A stretch of DNA of 64,000 nucleotides from an uncultured Muribaculaceae bacterium (GCA_910587355.1 CAJUKF010000009.1:3308-67307); one strand, 5' to 3'; counted from the stretch's first letter, positions 22,223 to 32,968 are shown. A program made the numbers and translations. The notes: generated by a model not told the origin, from the letters alone.

Positions 22223-23242
22223 TTAGCGGATGAGGAACGAGAAACGGTGAATGTTCTTAAGTGCTACGCCCGTACCCTTTGCCACGCAGAGCAGGGGGTC
22301 GTCGGCCACATGGAACTGGATGCCGATTTTGTCGATGAGACGCTTGTCGAGACCGCGCAGTAGAGCGCCGCCGCCGGCGAGGTATATGCCGTTTTTCACG
22401 ATGTCGGCATATAGCTCGGGAGGAGTCTGCTCGAGGGCGCTGAGCACGGCTGCCTCGATTTTGCTGATAGTCTTCTCTATGCAGTGGCACACTTCCTGAT
22501 AGCTGACGGGCACTTCGAGAGGAAGCGATGTCATGAGATTGGGACCGTGTACGACATAATCCTCGGGGGGATTCTCGAGTTCGGTGAGGGCCGAGCCCAC
22601 GTGAATCTTGATTTGTTCGGCGGTGCGGATGCCTACCTTGATGTTATGAGCACGGCGCATATGGTTGAGAATATCGTCGGTGAGGTCGTCGCCGGCAATC
22701 TGAATGCTCTTGTTGCTCACGATGCCGCCGAGCGAAATCACGGCGATTTCGGTTGTGCCGCCGCCTATGTCGACAATCATGTTGCCCTGGGGAGCCTCAA
22801 CGTCGAGACCGATGCCGAGAGCGGCCGCCATAGGCTCATGAATCATGTACACGTCGCGTCCGTCGGCATGCTCCGATGAGTCGCGCACGGCACGCACCTC
22901 GACTTCGGTAGAACCCGAGGGAATGCCTACGACCATGCGGAGCGACGGCGAGAACCAGTTGTTTTTTGTCGAAGCCTTCTTTACAAGACCGCGTATCATT
23001 AGCTCAGCGGCGTTGAAGTCAGCAATGACACCCTTGCGCAGGGGGCGCACGGTGCGGATGCCGGGATGGCCTTTGCCCTCCATGAGGTGGGCTTCCTTGC
23101 CTACGGCGATAAGCTTGTCCGTGCGGTTGTCAAGTGCGACAATCGACGGTTCGTTGATAACGATTTTGTCGTTATGTATGATTACGGTATTGGCGGTGCC
23201 AAGGTCGATTGCAATTTCTTTTGTAAGTGAGAATAGTCTCAT
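22223..23242 (-). CDS. mreB: Rod shape-determining protein MreB
   Basis: IAIDLGTANT, EPMAAALG, VDIGGGTTE, LAGGGALL. Confidence 0.97.
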   Translation of the reverse strand: MRLFSLTKEIAIDLGTANTVIIHNDKIVINEPSIVALDNRTDKLIAVGKEAHLMEGKGHPGIRTVRPLRKGVIADFNAAELMIRGLVKKASTKNNWFSPSLRMVVGIPSGSTEVEVRAVRDSSEHADGRDVYMIHEPMAAALGIGLDVEAPQGNMIVDIGGGTTEIAVISLGGIVSNKSIQIAGDDLTDDILNHMRRAHNIKVGIRTAEQIKIHVGSALTELENPPEDYVVHGPNLMTSLPLEVPVSYQEVCHCIEKTISKIEAAVLSALEQTPPELYADIVKNGIYLAGGGALLRGLDKRLIDKIGIQFHVADDPLLCVAKGTGVALKNIHRFSFLIR

Positions 23243-23305
23243 TTTGATTGAGGAAGGGGAGCTGAGGTATGTAAAAGTGAAAGATTGGAGTCGGGCAGAG
23301 TACTA

Positions 23306-24838
23306 TTAGTGACGGAAGTGACGGAAGCCTGTCATGACCATTGTCATGCCGGTGTTCTTGCAGTACTCCACCGAATCTGTATCGCGGATAGAACCTCCGG
23401 GCTGGATTACATAGTCTATGCCGGCGCTGTGGGCGATTTCCACGCAGTCGGCAAAGGGGAAGAAGGCATCTGATGCCATGGTGGCGCCGTTGAGGTCGAA
23501 GCGGAAGCTGTGAGCCTTCTCAATGGCGTGGCGGAGTGCGTCGACGCGTGATGTCTGGCCTACGCCCGATGCCAGCAGCTGGCCGTTGCGTGCGAGCACG
23601 ATAGCGTTGCTCTTCGAGTGCTTTACGATTTTGTTTGCGAAAATCATGTCGGCGGCCATTTGCTCGGTGAGAGTGTCGCCGGCAACGAGCCTGAGGTCTT
23701 CGATAGTCTCGACTTTGCTGTCGGGCTCCTGCATGAGCACGCCGTTGAGGATAGTGCGCATCTTCATTTCGGGAGCTGCTGCTGCCTTGCGGCGAAGCAC
23801 GATGCGGTTTTTCTTCTGGAAGAGGATTGCCAGGGCGTCGTCGCTGTACTCGGGAGCGATAATGACCTCGAAGAAAATCTTGCCGATTTCTTCTGCGGCT
23901 GCCGCGTCAATGGGACGGTTGCATATGATAATGCCGCCGAATGCCGATACGGGGTCGCCGGCGAGGGCGTCTTTCCATGCTTCGAGCACAGTGTCGCGCG
24001 AAGCGAGGCCGCAGGCGTTGTTATGCTTGAGTACGGCAACCGAAGTGGTGTCGAATTCATCGATGAGGGCGCATGCGGCATCGATGTCGAGCAGGTTGTT
24101 ATAGCTGATTTCCTTGCCGTGGAGCTGGTCGAAGAGTGCGTTGAAATCTCCGTAGAAACGGGCTGCCTGGTGAGGATTCTCGCCGTAGCGGAGGCTCATC
24201 GAACCGTCGATTGCCACGCGGAGATGCTCCTGCGGATTATTGCCTGTGAGGCTGAACCAGTTGAAGATTGCCGAGTCATACTCCGACGATACGGCGAATG
24301 CCTCCTGAGCGAAGAGACGGCGCTCTTCGAGTGTCGAGGCGGCACCGTTGCGGTCGAGTACGCCCTGCAGAAGAGCGAACTGTTCCACGGAAGCCACGAT
24401 GATTGTGTCGGCGAAGTTTTTGGCGGCGGCGCGGATAAGGGATATGCCGCCTATGTCGATTTTCTCGATGATGTCCTGCTCCGAAGCACCGGAGGCTACG
24501 GTATCCTCAAAGGGATACAGGTCTACAATCACGAGGTCGATAGTGGGTATTTCGTATTGGGCGAGCTCGGCGCGGTCACTCTCGTTGTCGCGGCGTGCGA
24601 GGATGCCGCCGAACACCTTGGGATGGAGTGTCTTTACGCGGCCTCCGAGAATCGAGGGATAGCCTGTGAGGTCTTCAACGGCCTTGCAGGGTATGCCGAG
24701 ACTTTGGATGTATGAGCGCGAGCCTCCGGTGGAAAGGAGCTCTACGCCGAGCGAATGAAGTTTCTCTACTATAGGGGCGATGCGGTCTTTGTTGTAGACC
24801 GATACAAGTGCGGTACGGATGGGTTTTAATGTCGACAT
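23306..24838 (-). CDS. purH: Bifunctional AICAR transformylase/IMP cyclohydrolase
   Basis: ALVSVYNK, GGRVKTLHP, IDIGG, LRYGENPHQ, ASDAFFPF, QPGGS, TGFRHFRH. Confidence 0.97.
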   Translation of the reverse strand: MSTLKPIRTALVSVYNKDRIAPIVEKLHSLGVELLSTGGSRSYIQSLGIPCKAVEDLTGYPSILGGRVKTLHPKVFGGILARRDNESDRAELAQYEIPTIDLVIVDLYPFEDTVASGASEQDIIEKIDIGGISLIRAAAKNFADTIIVASVEQFALLQGVLDRNGAASTLEERRLFAQEAFAVSSEYDSAIFNWFSLTGNNPQEHLRVAIDGSMSLRYGENPHQAARFYGDFNALFDQLHGKEISYNNLLDIDAACALIDEFDTTSVAVLKHNNACGLASRDTVLEAWKDALAGDPVSAFGGIIICNRPIDAAAAEEIGKIFFEVIIAPEYSDDALAILFQKKNRIVLRRKAAAAPEMKMRTILNGVLMQEPDSKVETIEDLRLVAGDTLTEQMAADMIFANKIVKHSKSNAIVLARNGQLLASGVGQTSRVDALRHAIEKAHSFRFDLNGATMASDAFFPFADCVEIAHSAGIDYVIQPGGSIRDTDSVEYCKNTGMTMVMTGFRHFRH

Positions 24839-24870
24839 GGGGTTATTTACCTTGTATCTGTATTGATTTG

Positions 24871-24878
24871 CAAAATTA
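24871..24878 (-). promoter_or_regulatory. Sigma-A -7 element for the purH-mre operon
   Basis: TAATTTTG on the minus strand, about 33 nt upstream of the purH ATG. Confidence 0.6.
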
Positions 24879-24930
24879 CAAAAAAAATGCCGTATAGCAT
24901 ATTTTTGTGCATCGCTTTTTTGATAAAAAT

Positions 24931-24964
24931 AAAAAAGGAGCACGCCGCACAGTCGGCGTGCTCC
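24931..24964 (-). terminator. Intrinsic terminator
   Basis: GGAGCACGCCG/CGGCGTGCTCC stem followed by TTTTTT on the minus strand, downstream of the 25033-27162 gene. Confidence 0.85.
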
Positions 24965-25032
24965 GGAATGTGGTTTGGAATGACCGTGACAGACAGGCTC
25001 TTTCGCCTTCGGCTGCCGCGGATTTTTTAGTA

Positions 25033-27162
25033 TCAGTATACGGCTACTTTGGTGCTGTGACCGTCGGCCACTACGATGTAGATTCCAGCTGCGAGGCCTG
25101 TAGCGTTGCCGTCGGCTACCTTGCGGCCATCGAGCGAGTAGACGGCCACGGTTGTGGCGCCTGTCACGCTGATAGAGCCGGCTCCGATTGTGATGTCGGC
25201 GTCACCTGAGCCTGCTATTACATCTTCAACGCCTGCTGAGTCGCCTTCAAGGCACTCCATTACTGATGCATTGACGATTTCGCCGGTTGCGTTGTTTATG
25301 AGCAGAGCTGCTACTCGGTGAGGTTTGGCAGCATCGACCTTTGAGTATGAAACGGTTGAAGAGAATGTGTATTCCTTGTCTTTTTCAACGGCCTCTGCAA
25401 AAGCTGCACCCTGCTTGAATCCGCGGGCTACGTCGTTGTAAATCATATTGACGGGCGAACCGGCATTATTCCAATCGCCGAGGGGCACATCGTGGCCGGG
25501 ATAGCCGGTGGCATAATAATTGGTCTGGTCGTAAGGACCGACTTCGTCCTGAATAGTGACGAATGATACGCTGTGCGGTTGTTTCAGACTGACGCTGAAT
25601 TTGATTGTAGCCGAGACATTAAGGGATGCAGAGGTTTTCTTCGATGAAGTGAAAGTGATATTGCCGTAAGACGGATACGAAGTCAAATCTTCCATATACT
25701 CGTCGGCCGCGGCTTTTAGAGCGGTTTCGCTGGCACCTCCGGGGGAATAAGAGTCAATGCGGTTGACAAGAACTGAAGGATAGCCCTGAATCAACTCGTT
25801 GAGGGCATTCGAATATGCAGTTACTGCCATGGGGTCGCGGGTTGTGGCGCTTTGAGAGCCGTGAACACCGATTAACAGAGCTTCAGGATATTTTTCTTTG
25901 ATATAGTCGAGCATCACCATACCCGAAGGACACCAGCCGCACCAGTTGCCGGTCGCATCCTCAAATACTATCTTTCGGTCGTATCCTTTATTATAGCTTA
26001 GGATTTCGTAGCTGCTGCTGATAAGAGCTTTTTGAGTGTCGTTGACGCGGTCAATGGTAAAGGCTATATTGGCAGTACCTTCAACGTCGGCGGGGACAGG
26101 AATCCGGAAAATAGCCACACCTCTGCCGCCGGGCTTTGTAGGTGCGGGCTCGCCGGTACGATAATCCACCACGATGCCATTGTATTTGGCTTCTTGTCCG
26201 TCATTTACCTTTGCAGTGATACCGACCTCTTCAATATCGTTGGCGCCCTTGTTGTCGTAGAGAATGTACAGCTCGCTGTTTTCTCCTGGTTTGGTATAGC
26301 CCTCAACATCAAATGTGAGTGCCGAGAGTGCGTCCTGAGGAAGGTTGTCGCCTTCGAGAGTGAGATACATGCATAGAGAGCCGCATGCGCTGGTGAATGT
26401 GGCCCAGGATGCAGGCGAGGTTTCTCCAATGTTGTTGACAAGTTCTTCGTCGTTAGTGGCTGTAATAAGGCCGGCCAGCTGCGAGGGTGCCTGAATGAAG
26501 TCGAAAGGCAGCCAGTAGTTCTCGCCTTCCGGTACAATGAAAGAATAACCGAACAGGACGTAATTCTTGTCGGAGGGAATCACATACGGTTTGGTGAGGG
26601 GAACGTTGACTTCGGCGAAAGCTTCGCTGCCGAGGTTCATTTTCTGTTTGTAATCGTATGCCGCGCCGAACTCGTCGTTGAAAGAGGAGATGAAAAACTC
26701 AACTTCGGGTATGGGATTGGTAGGAATGTCGTTCGAGGCCGGGGAAACGAGTGTGACTTGTGTGACGGAGTTGCCGGCGAGAGCCTTGACGTCATCGGGA
26801 AGCATTGTGAATGCGAGATAAACACGTGTGCCTTTCCCGATAGTTATTTTGTTCGGGTCTTGGCCTAATGACTCAAAGGCATCCAGTGAATAGGGACTTC
26901 CGGCGTAGGAGAAAGGCATGACGGTGCCGTGTGCCGAACGGGAGGGTGTGAGCCGGCGGTCGGTGTTGCCGTTGGCAAGGGTAAACATTTTTGCCACGGG
27001 AGCTCCCTGAATCATCCGGGCATCGGGCTGTGCAAAGGAAATCTTTGACTTTGTGAAGGTTGCTTCGGCAGGCTTGAGCTCAGTGACGAGCGGAAGAACA
27101 GCATTTGCGCAAAGGCTGAAACTTGTCAGGGCTGCCGCGGCGAGAAGTAAGAGTTTCTTCAT
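25033..27162 (-). CDS. Secreted Omp28-domain (thioredoxin-like CxxC) protein with T9SS C-terminal domain
   Basis: Signal peptide MKKLLLLAAAA; RKIVFEDATGNWCGWCP, IGVHG..DPM, GYPS..VNR, YNDVAR, LLIN..TGEIVNA; tail VYSLDGRKV...GIYIV...KVAV. Confidence 0.8.
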   Translation of the reverse strand: MKKLLLLAAAALTSFSLCANAVLPLVTELKPAEATFTKSKISFAQPDARMIQGAPVAKMFTLANGNTDRRLTPSRSAHGTVMPFSYAGSPYSLDAFESLGQDPNKITIGKGTRVYLAFTMLPDDVKALAGNSVTQVTLVSPASNDIPTNPIPEVEFFISSFNDEFGAAYDYKQKMNLGSEAFAEVNVPLTKPYVIPSDKNYVLFGYSFIVPEGENYWLPFDFIQAPSQLAGLITATNDEELVNNIGETSPASWATFTSACGSLCMYLTLEGDNLPQDALSALTFDVEGYTKPGENSELYILYDNKGANDIEEVGITAKVNDGQEAKYNGIVVDYRTGEPAPTKPGGRGVAIFRIPVPADVEGTANIAFTIDRVNDTQKALISSSYEILSYNKGYDRKIVFEDATGNWCGWCPSGMVMLDYIKEKYPEALLIGVHGSQSATTRDPMAVTAYSNALNELIQGYPSVLVNRIDSYSPGGASETALKAAADEYMEDLTSYPSYGNITFTSSKKTSASLNVSATIKFSVSLKQPHSVSFVTIQDEVGPYDQTNYYATGYPGHDVPLGDWNNAGSPVNMIYNDVARGFKQGAAFAEAVEKDKEYTFSSTVSYSKVDAAKPHRVAALLINNATGEIVNASVMECLEGDSAGVEDVIAGSGDADITIGAGSISVTGATTVAVYSLDGRKVADGNATGLAAGIYIVVADGHSTKVAVY

Positions 27163-27292
27163 ACGATTGTGATTTGTATTGAAAGGCTTATACAGCCATA
27201 ATTTTGTGCAAAGTAATATAAAAAAACAATGCCGAGCAACTTTTTGCTCGTGTTTCTGATATGCTTGTGACAAAAAAATTCAAAAAAATGGC

Positions 27293-30200
27293 TCAGATAG
27301 CCTCCAGATTTAGTATCGAGTCCAAAATCGACAGAGCTTCGGCTACTGTGAGCACTTTGGCGATTGCGAAGCTGCGCCGTCCGTTGCGCTCCCTGATTTG
27401 TACTCTGGACGGATGTGCCTGCAGATAGTTGAGCAGACGTCCGAACATAGTGGACTGATAATAGGCCTTGTTGGTACTGTCGACGAAAAACAGGAACATC
27501 TGGCCTTGCTTGAGTACTACCTTCTCTATTCCGAGGCGCCGTGCCGTACGGCGCAGACGGGGGACGAGGAGTAGTTCGTGGGCAGCGTCGGGAATGCGGC
27601 CGAAGCGGTCGGTAAGGCGCTCCTCGAAGGCCTGAAGCTGGTCGTCGCGCTCTATGTTGTCGAGTTCCTGATAAAGTGCTATGCGCTCGCTCTCCTGGGG
27701 CACGTAATAGAAAGGCAGAAGCAGCTCGAGGTCGCTCTCAATGATGCAGTCGGCCACGAAATCGCCGTTGTCGGCGGCATTGCCGGCATCTGTGAGTTCG
27801 GGAAATTCTTCGGTGCGCAGTTCGACTACCGCTTCGCGGAGAATCTTCTGATATGTTTCATAGCCGAGGTCGGCGATGAATCCGCTCTGCTCCGCGCCCA
27901 GAAGGTTTCCGGCTCCTCGTATGTCGAGGTCCTGCATGGCTATGTGTATGCCCGAGCCGAGGTCGGAGAAACTTTCTATGGCCTGCAGACGCCGGCGCGC
28001 GTCGGGCGTGAGAGGTTTGCCCGGAGGCACCATGAGGTAGCAGAAGGCCTTGCGTGACGAGCGGCCCACGCGTCCGCGGAGCTGATGCAGCTCGCTGAGG
28101 CCGAATTTGTGTGCGTCGTTGATTATAATTGTGTTGACATTAGGCATATCGATGCCGCTTTCGATAATGGTAGTGGCAAGGAGTATGTCGTAGTCATGGG
28201 CCGAGAAGTCGTTGATTGCTTTCTCGAGTTTTTCGGGCGGCATCTGTCCGTGCGCTACTATGGTGCGCGCGTCGGGCACCAGACGTTTTATCATATCCTC
28301 GAGATTATGCAGGTCTTCGATTCGCGGATTGACGAAGAAAACCTGACCGTTGCGTGCGAGTTCGAAGTTTATTGCCTCGGCGACGGTGGTGTCGTTGAGC
28401 GCGTCGACGGTGGTGATAATCGGATAGCGGTTTGGCGGAGGTGTTGTGATGTTCGATAAATCGCGTGCACCCATCAGAGAGAACTGGAGTGTGCGCGGTA
28501 TGGGAGTGGCACTCATTGTGAGAGTGTCGATATTCACTTTCATCTGCCGCAGACGCTCTTTGACGGCCACGCCGAATTTCTGCTCCTCGTCGATGATGAG
28601 CAGTCCGAGGTCTTTGAATTTCACCGATTTGCCTATGAGCTTGTGGGTGCCGATGATAATGTCGATTTTACCGGCTTCGAGGTCGGCGAGAATGGCTTTC
28701 ACATCTTTGGCAGAGCGGGCTCGCGAGATGTATTCGACGCGCACCGGGAAGTCTTTCAGGCGCTCGGAGAAAGTGTGGAAGTGCTGGTATGCGAGCACTG
28801 TCGTGGGCACAAGCACGGCCACCTGCTTGCCGTCGGTTGCAGCCTTGAAGGCGGCGCGTATGGCAATTTCGGTCTTGCCGAAGCCCACATCGCCGCAAAT
28901 CAGACGGTCCATGGGCCGCTGGCTCTCCATGTCGCTCTTCACGGCCTGTGTCGCAGTCACCTGGTCGGGAGTATCCTCGTAGATGAACGAGGCCTCAAGC
29001 TCGTGCTGCAGATAGGTGTCGGGCGTAAATGCAAAGCCTTTCTCGTCGCGGCGCTGGGCGTAAAGTTTTATCAGGTCGCGGGCTATGTCCTTGAGTTTGG
29101 CCTTGGTCTTGTCTTTGATTTTCTGCCATGCTCCCGAGCCGATGCGGTTTACCTTGGGCGGCACGCCTTCCTTGCCGCGGTATTTGGCGAGTTTATGAAG
29201 AGCATGAATTGAGACAAAAAGTATGTCGTTGTTCTGATATATGAGTTTGATGACCTCCTGCTTGCGACCGTTGATGTCGGTGCGCAGCAGCCCGGCGAAT
29301 TTGCCTACGCCGTGGTCGACATGCACTATATAGTCGCCGGGCTCGAGCTGGCCGAGTTCTTTGAGCGAGAGGGCGAGTTTGCCCGAGCGTGCGCGGTCGC
29401 TTTTGAGTGTGTATTTGTGGAAACGGTCGAAAATCTGGTGGTCGGTGAAAACACAGATACGGGACTGATGGTCGACAAAGCCTTCGTGCAGGGTACCCTC
29501 GACAGCCTCAAAATCTATGCAGTCTCCTCGGTCGGCGAAAATCTCGCGCAGACGGTCGAACTGCTTCTCGTTGTCCGAGAGTATGAAAAGCCTGTATCCG
29601 TCGCTGATGAATTTAGTGAATGACTCGGCTATGATATCAAAATTCTTGTGGTAGACACCCTGGGGCGTGCAGTCGAAGGCCATTGTCGTGGTAGCGCGGC
29701 TGCGCGCCGGAGTGTGGTCTTCGCCGGGCTTTGCCGCAGTGAAACCGAGACGCTTGAATCCGGCCAGATGATTTTCGAAATCCGATGGGTCTATGACGAG
29801 TTCGAGCGCGTCAGGGTCGCCGTCTTCTGTCAGAAGCGTGAATGCCGAGACATCGGTCTCTTTGATTGTGTGCAGCCGCTCCAGTGTGAGGCTTTGGTTG
29901 CGGAAGGCAATGATGCTTGAGGGGTCGATGAAGTCGAGAATGGACTGGAGCTGTCCGCGGTGACTCACGTTGGCTGTGATATCTACACTGTCGAGACGGC
30001 TTTCAGACAGCTGTGTCTCGACGTTGAATGTGCGGATTGAATCGATTTCGTCGCCGAAGAAATCGAGACGGTAGGGCAGCTCGTCGCTGTAGCCGTAAAT
30101 GTCGAATATGGAGCCGCGTATGGCATATTGGCCAGGCTCATAGACATAGTCGGTCTCCTTGAAGCCGTTGTCTTTGAGCCACTGTTCGGTCTGCCGCATG

Positions 30201-30652
30201 TCGGCTTTGCTGTCCTTGCGGAGAGTGATGGTATGGGCCTGAATGTCTTCGCGCGAAGCCACGCACTCGGCAATGGCATCGGGATAGGTGACGACGAAGC
30301 GTACGTTTCCGGCCGACAGACGAGTCAGTGTCTCGGTGCGCAGAATCTGATTTGGCGGGTCGACCTGACCGTATTTTATGTCGCGTTTGAAACCCGAGGG
30401 GAGTATTGCCACGTTCTCCTCGCCGAGAATGCGGCAGAGGTCGAAATAGAGGTATCCGGCATCGTCGAGGCTGTCGCCCACCACAATCACCGGCACCTTT
30501 GAGTCAATGGCAGCCAGCGCTATCGCCGCCGACGACCCTGCCAGGCCTGTGGCAGAACCGGAGTGTGCGCACAGGCTTTTCATGGCCTTGCGGCGCGCCG
30601 CCGTCATGACCATGGCGCATATGTCGGCTGTCTTAAGAGTACGGTCGCTCAT
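27293..30652 (-). CDS. mfd: Transcription-repair coupling factor
   Basis: GDYIVHVDHGVG, RLICGDVGFGKTE, LIIDEEQKFGV, SATPIPRTL, LHQLRGRVGRS; TRCF C-terminal domain. Confidence 0.97.
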   Translation of the reverse strand: MSDRTLKTADICAMVMTAARRKAMKSLCAHSGSATGLAGSSAAIALAAIDSKVPVIVVGDSLDDAGYLYFDLCRILGEENVAILPSGFKRDIKYGQVDPPNQILRTETLTRLSAGNVRFVVTYPDAIAECVASREDIQAHTITLRKDSKADMRQTEQWLKDNGFKETDYVYEPGQYAIRGSIFDIYGYSDELPYRLDFFGDEIDSIRTFNVETQLSESRLDSVDITANVSHRGQLQSILDFIDPSSIIAFRNQSLTLERLHTIKETDVSAFTLLTEDGDPDALELVIDPSDFENHLAGFKRLGFTAAKPGEDHTPARSRATTTMAFDCTPQGVYHKNFDIIAESFTKFISDGYRLFILSDNEKQFDRLREIFADRGDCIDFEAVEGTLHEGFVDHQSRICVFTDHQIFDRFHKYTLKSDRARSGKLALSLKELGQLEPGDYIVHVDHGVGKFAGLLRTDINGRKQEVIKLIYQNNDILFVSIHALHKLAKYRGKEGVPPKVNRIGSGAWQKIKDKTKAKLKDIARDLIKLYAQRRDEKGFAFTPDTYLQHELEASFIYEDTPDQVTATQAVKSDMESQRPMDRLICGDVGFGKTEIAIRAAFKAATDGKQVAVLVPTTVLAYQHFHTFSERLKDFPVRVEYISRARSAKDVKAILADLEAGKIDIIIGTHKLIGKSVKFKDLGLLIIDEEQKFGVAVKERLRQMKVNIDTLTMSATPIPRTLQFSLMGARDLSNITTPPPNRYPIITTVDALNDTTVAEAINFELARNGQVFFVNPRIEDLHNLEDMIKRLVPDARTIVAHGQMPPEKLEKAINDFSAHDYDILLATTIIESGIDMPNVNTIIINDAHKFGLSELHQLRGRVGRSSRKAFCYLMVPPGKPLTPDARRRLQAIESFSDLGSGIHIAMQDLDIRGAGNLLGAEQSGFIADLGYETYQKILREAVVELRTEEFPELTDAGNAADNGDFVADCIIESDLELLLPFYYVPQESERIALYQELDNIERDDQLQAFEERLTDRFGRIPDAAHELLLVPRLRRTARRLGIEKVVLKQGQMFLFFVDSTNKAYYQSTMFGRLLNYLQAHPSRVQIRERNGRRSFAIAKVLTVAEALSILDSILNLEAI

Positions 30653-30996
30653 ATTACGCGGGCTTTCAGTCCTTTGGAAGTGAGGAAACGGAGCACGTCC
30701 TGCCTGCGGTCGCCCTGAATGAGTATTTCACCGCCACGGGACGAGCCCCCTGTGCCGAGGGTGCGTTTCATTTCTGAGGCGAGGGCGGCGATTTCGTCAT
30801 CATCGATTGTGAATCCTGCAATGATTGTTGCGCACTTTCCGGAACGGCCCTTGCGTTCGAATACAATGTCGAGGCGCCCGCTTTGTCGTGGGGATGCGGC
30901 CGGTGTTTCATCGGGTTCTCCGGCGGCAGTTTCGCCGCTGTCGGGCATCGTTTGGCGGAGTGCCGCCAGTCGGTCGAGCCAGTTGTCGTTGCTCAT
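30649..30996 (-). CDS. SUI1/YciH-family translation initiation factor
   Basis: ERKGRSGK.ATII.GF, LGTGGS, EILIQGDRR. Confidence 0.9.
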   Translation of the reverse strand: MSNDNWLDRLAALRQTMPDSGETAAGEPDETPAASPRQSGRLDIVFERKGRSGKCATIIAGFTIDDDEIAALASEMKRTLGTGGSSRGGEILIQGDRRQDVLRFLTSKGLKARVI

Positions 30997-31003
30997 TGTT
31001 GAA

Positions 31004-31468
31004 TCAATAGGAAATAATTGTGTCGGCAGGGTCGAATTCGAGGCTGTCGGTTGATACGGGATTGCGACGGCCTTCGGATATGGCCCTAATCAGTGTCAGA
31101 CGGGCCTGGTCTTCCACCGGGGCGAGAGAGAGGAAAAGTGCAGTCGAATCGGCGTCGCGCTCTATGGCAGCCTCGAGTGTTTTTGCAGCGAATGCCGTGT
31201 TTGCGTTTTCGTCGCCGTGATTCTCCGAGAGTCGGACGAAAAGAAGAGCGAGCCGGCAGAGTTCGTCGGTATTGAGCGAAGAGAATTCTCTGGCGCTGAC
31301 AAGTTCGTCGCAGAGAGCCTGCGCCGCGTCATAGCGGCCGTTGGCGTAAGCGAGTTCGGCCGCCTGCAGCGAGTTGCTGCAGGTCTCATGCGTGGCACAC
31401 GACACCTGAGCGGTGAGCAGCACGAGCCCGAGCAGGGAGCCAAGGATTATGAAAACGATACTCTTCAA
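31004..31468 (-). CDS. Hypothetical exported helical protein
   Basis: Hydrophobic N-terminus ending VSC (possible lipobox) and TPR-like helices; packed in an operon between ribH and SUI1. Confidence 0.65.
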   Translation of the reverse strand: MKSIVFIILGSLLGLVLLTAQVSCATHETCSNSLQAAELAYANGRYDAAQALCDELVSAREFSSLNTDELCRLALLFVRLSENHGDENANTAFAAKTLEAAIERDADSTALFLSLAPVEDQARLTLIRAISEGRRNPVSTDSLEFDPADTIISY

Positions 31469-31498
31469 GGTAATGCGGTTTAGTTGATACTATGGTTG

Positions 31499-31984
31499 TC
31501 AGATATTTTCCACTCTGTCCACGAAGTCGTACATGAGCAGGGCCGCACGGGCAGCTTCGGCACCTTTGTTGCCTTCTTTCCCTCCGGCACGGTCGAGAGC
31601 GTCCTGCTCATTGTCGACGGTAAGCACGCCGAAAATCACGGGAATGTCGCACTCGGCATTAAGGTGCGTGATGCCCTGAGTGACACTCTGGCATACGTAA
31701 TCGAAGTGAGGCGTGCCTCCGCGGATGACGCATCCGAGCACTACGATGCTGTTGTAGAGACCGCTTTCGATGAGTTTCGAGGCGGCGAAAGTGAGTTCAA
31801 TGGCCCCTGGAACCTCGAAAGTATCGATGTCCTGTTCGGTGAGACCGGCGCTTTTGAATTCGTCGAGTGCTCCGGCCATGAGAGGCTCGGTTATTTTGCT
31901 GTTCCACAGAGTGCGCACCACAGCCACACGCATGTCGCGTACTTTGGCGAACGGAGTGAGTGGTGCATTTGCGGTTGTTGACAT
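31499..31984 (-). CDS. ribH: 6,7-dimethyl-8-ribityllumazine synthase
   Basis: WNSKIT, VPGAIEL, LGCVIRGGTPHFDYV, PVIFGVLT, GNKGAEAA. Confidence 0.96.
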   Translation of the reverse strand: MSTTANAPLTPFAKVRDMRVAVVRTLWNSKITEPLMAGALDEFKSAGLTEQDIDTFEVPGAIELTFAASKLIESGLYNSIVVLGCVIRGGTPHFDYVCQSVTQGITHLNAECDIPVIFGVLTVDNEQDALDRAGGKEGNKGAEAARAALLMYDFVDRVENI

Positions 31985-32050
31985 GGTGATATTGTTTTTG
32001 TCTTTGGAATATTATAATGGTGTCGGTGGCAATGGACTCTTTCCCGGATT

Positions 32051-32968
32051 TCAGGATATATGCTGCCAGAGACAGGAAATGTTCTTTATGGCTTGTGCGG
32101 CACTGCTGACGGCCGCATCGAGTATGGTGTCGCGGATGACTGCAGACGGCTCAGCGAGTGTGCCGGGGGTAACAGCATGGCTGATGACAGCCGACACGAC
32201 TCCTGCCACTGCTCCTGCATTCCAGAGCATTGTGCGGCACTGCTGCTCAGGAATCCGTGCAGAGCTGGAACCGTTTCCGCTATAATAATCAATGGTACGG
32301 GCATCAGGATTTATGGCTATAAGGGAGCGGCAGTAGAAATCGATGTGATTGCGGTAGGACTCTTCCGGGCTGTCGGTGCCGAAGATGTACTTCAAATCCT
32401 CGCTGCGGGCAATCACGGCATCCGATATCTCGAGATTTTCGAAAATCGCCGGCATGACGTGCGTTATACGCGGTGCCTGCTGTGGCAGGAAGCCGGGCAG
32501 ATATATGAGCAGGGCCTTGCGCTCGACGCAGTGGCTGAGAAAACGGCTCAGACGCGGACGCATGCGGCTGTCGAGGGCATAGAATCCCCCGAAGAGCACT
32601 ATGTCGCCTTCGTCAATCCTGGGCCATATGATGTCGAAGCCCTCGTCGGGATACTGTTCGTAGCGCGTGAGGGACACCGGCTGCGAATCGGCATCGGGAG
32701 CCGTGAAGATATTCACGGGGGTGCGTCCTTCGGTGAAACGGTCGAGCGATGTGATGTCCACACCGTGGCCGCTGAGGTAATCGGCCAGAATATCGCCGAC
32801 GGGGTCGGCGGAGACCTCCGAGGCAATTAGCACCCTGCTGTCGTGCGAGGCGGCCAGAATGGCGGCGGCATTAGTCACGCGTCCGCCGGGCATGGAGCCG
32901 AGGGGGCGGCCTGACGGGTCAAGCACGATATTGAGCGAGCATTCGCCGATGCATATAATCTTTTTCAT
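32051..32968 (-). CDS. PfkB/ribokinase-fold protein with a degenerate catalytic motif
   Basis: N-terminal IICIGE..LN, PGG.V.NAA, D.VGD are PfkB-like. The C-terminal GAGD motif is absent (the position reads RTMLWNAG). Confidence 0.75.
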   Translation of the reverse strand: MKKIICIGECSLNIVLDPSGRPLGSMPGGRVTNAAAILAASHDSRVLIASEVSADPVGDILADYLSGHGVDITSLDRFTEGRTPVNIFTAPDADSQPVSLTRYEQYPDEGFDIIWPRIDEGDIVLFGGFYALDSRMRPRLSRFLSHCVERKALLIYLPGFLPQQAPRITHVMPAIFENLEISDAVIARSEDLKYIFGTDSPEESYRNHIDFYCRSLIAINPDARTIDYYSGNGSSSARIPEQQCRTMLWNAGAVAGVVSAVISHAVTPGTLAEPSAVIRDTILDAAVSSAAQAIKNISCLWQHIS

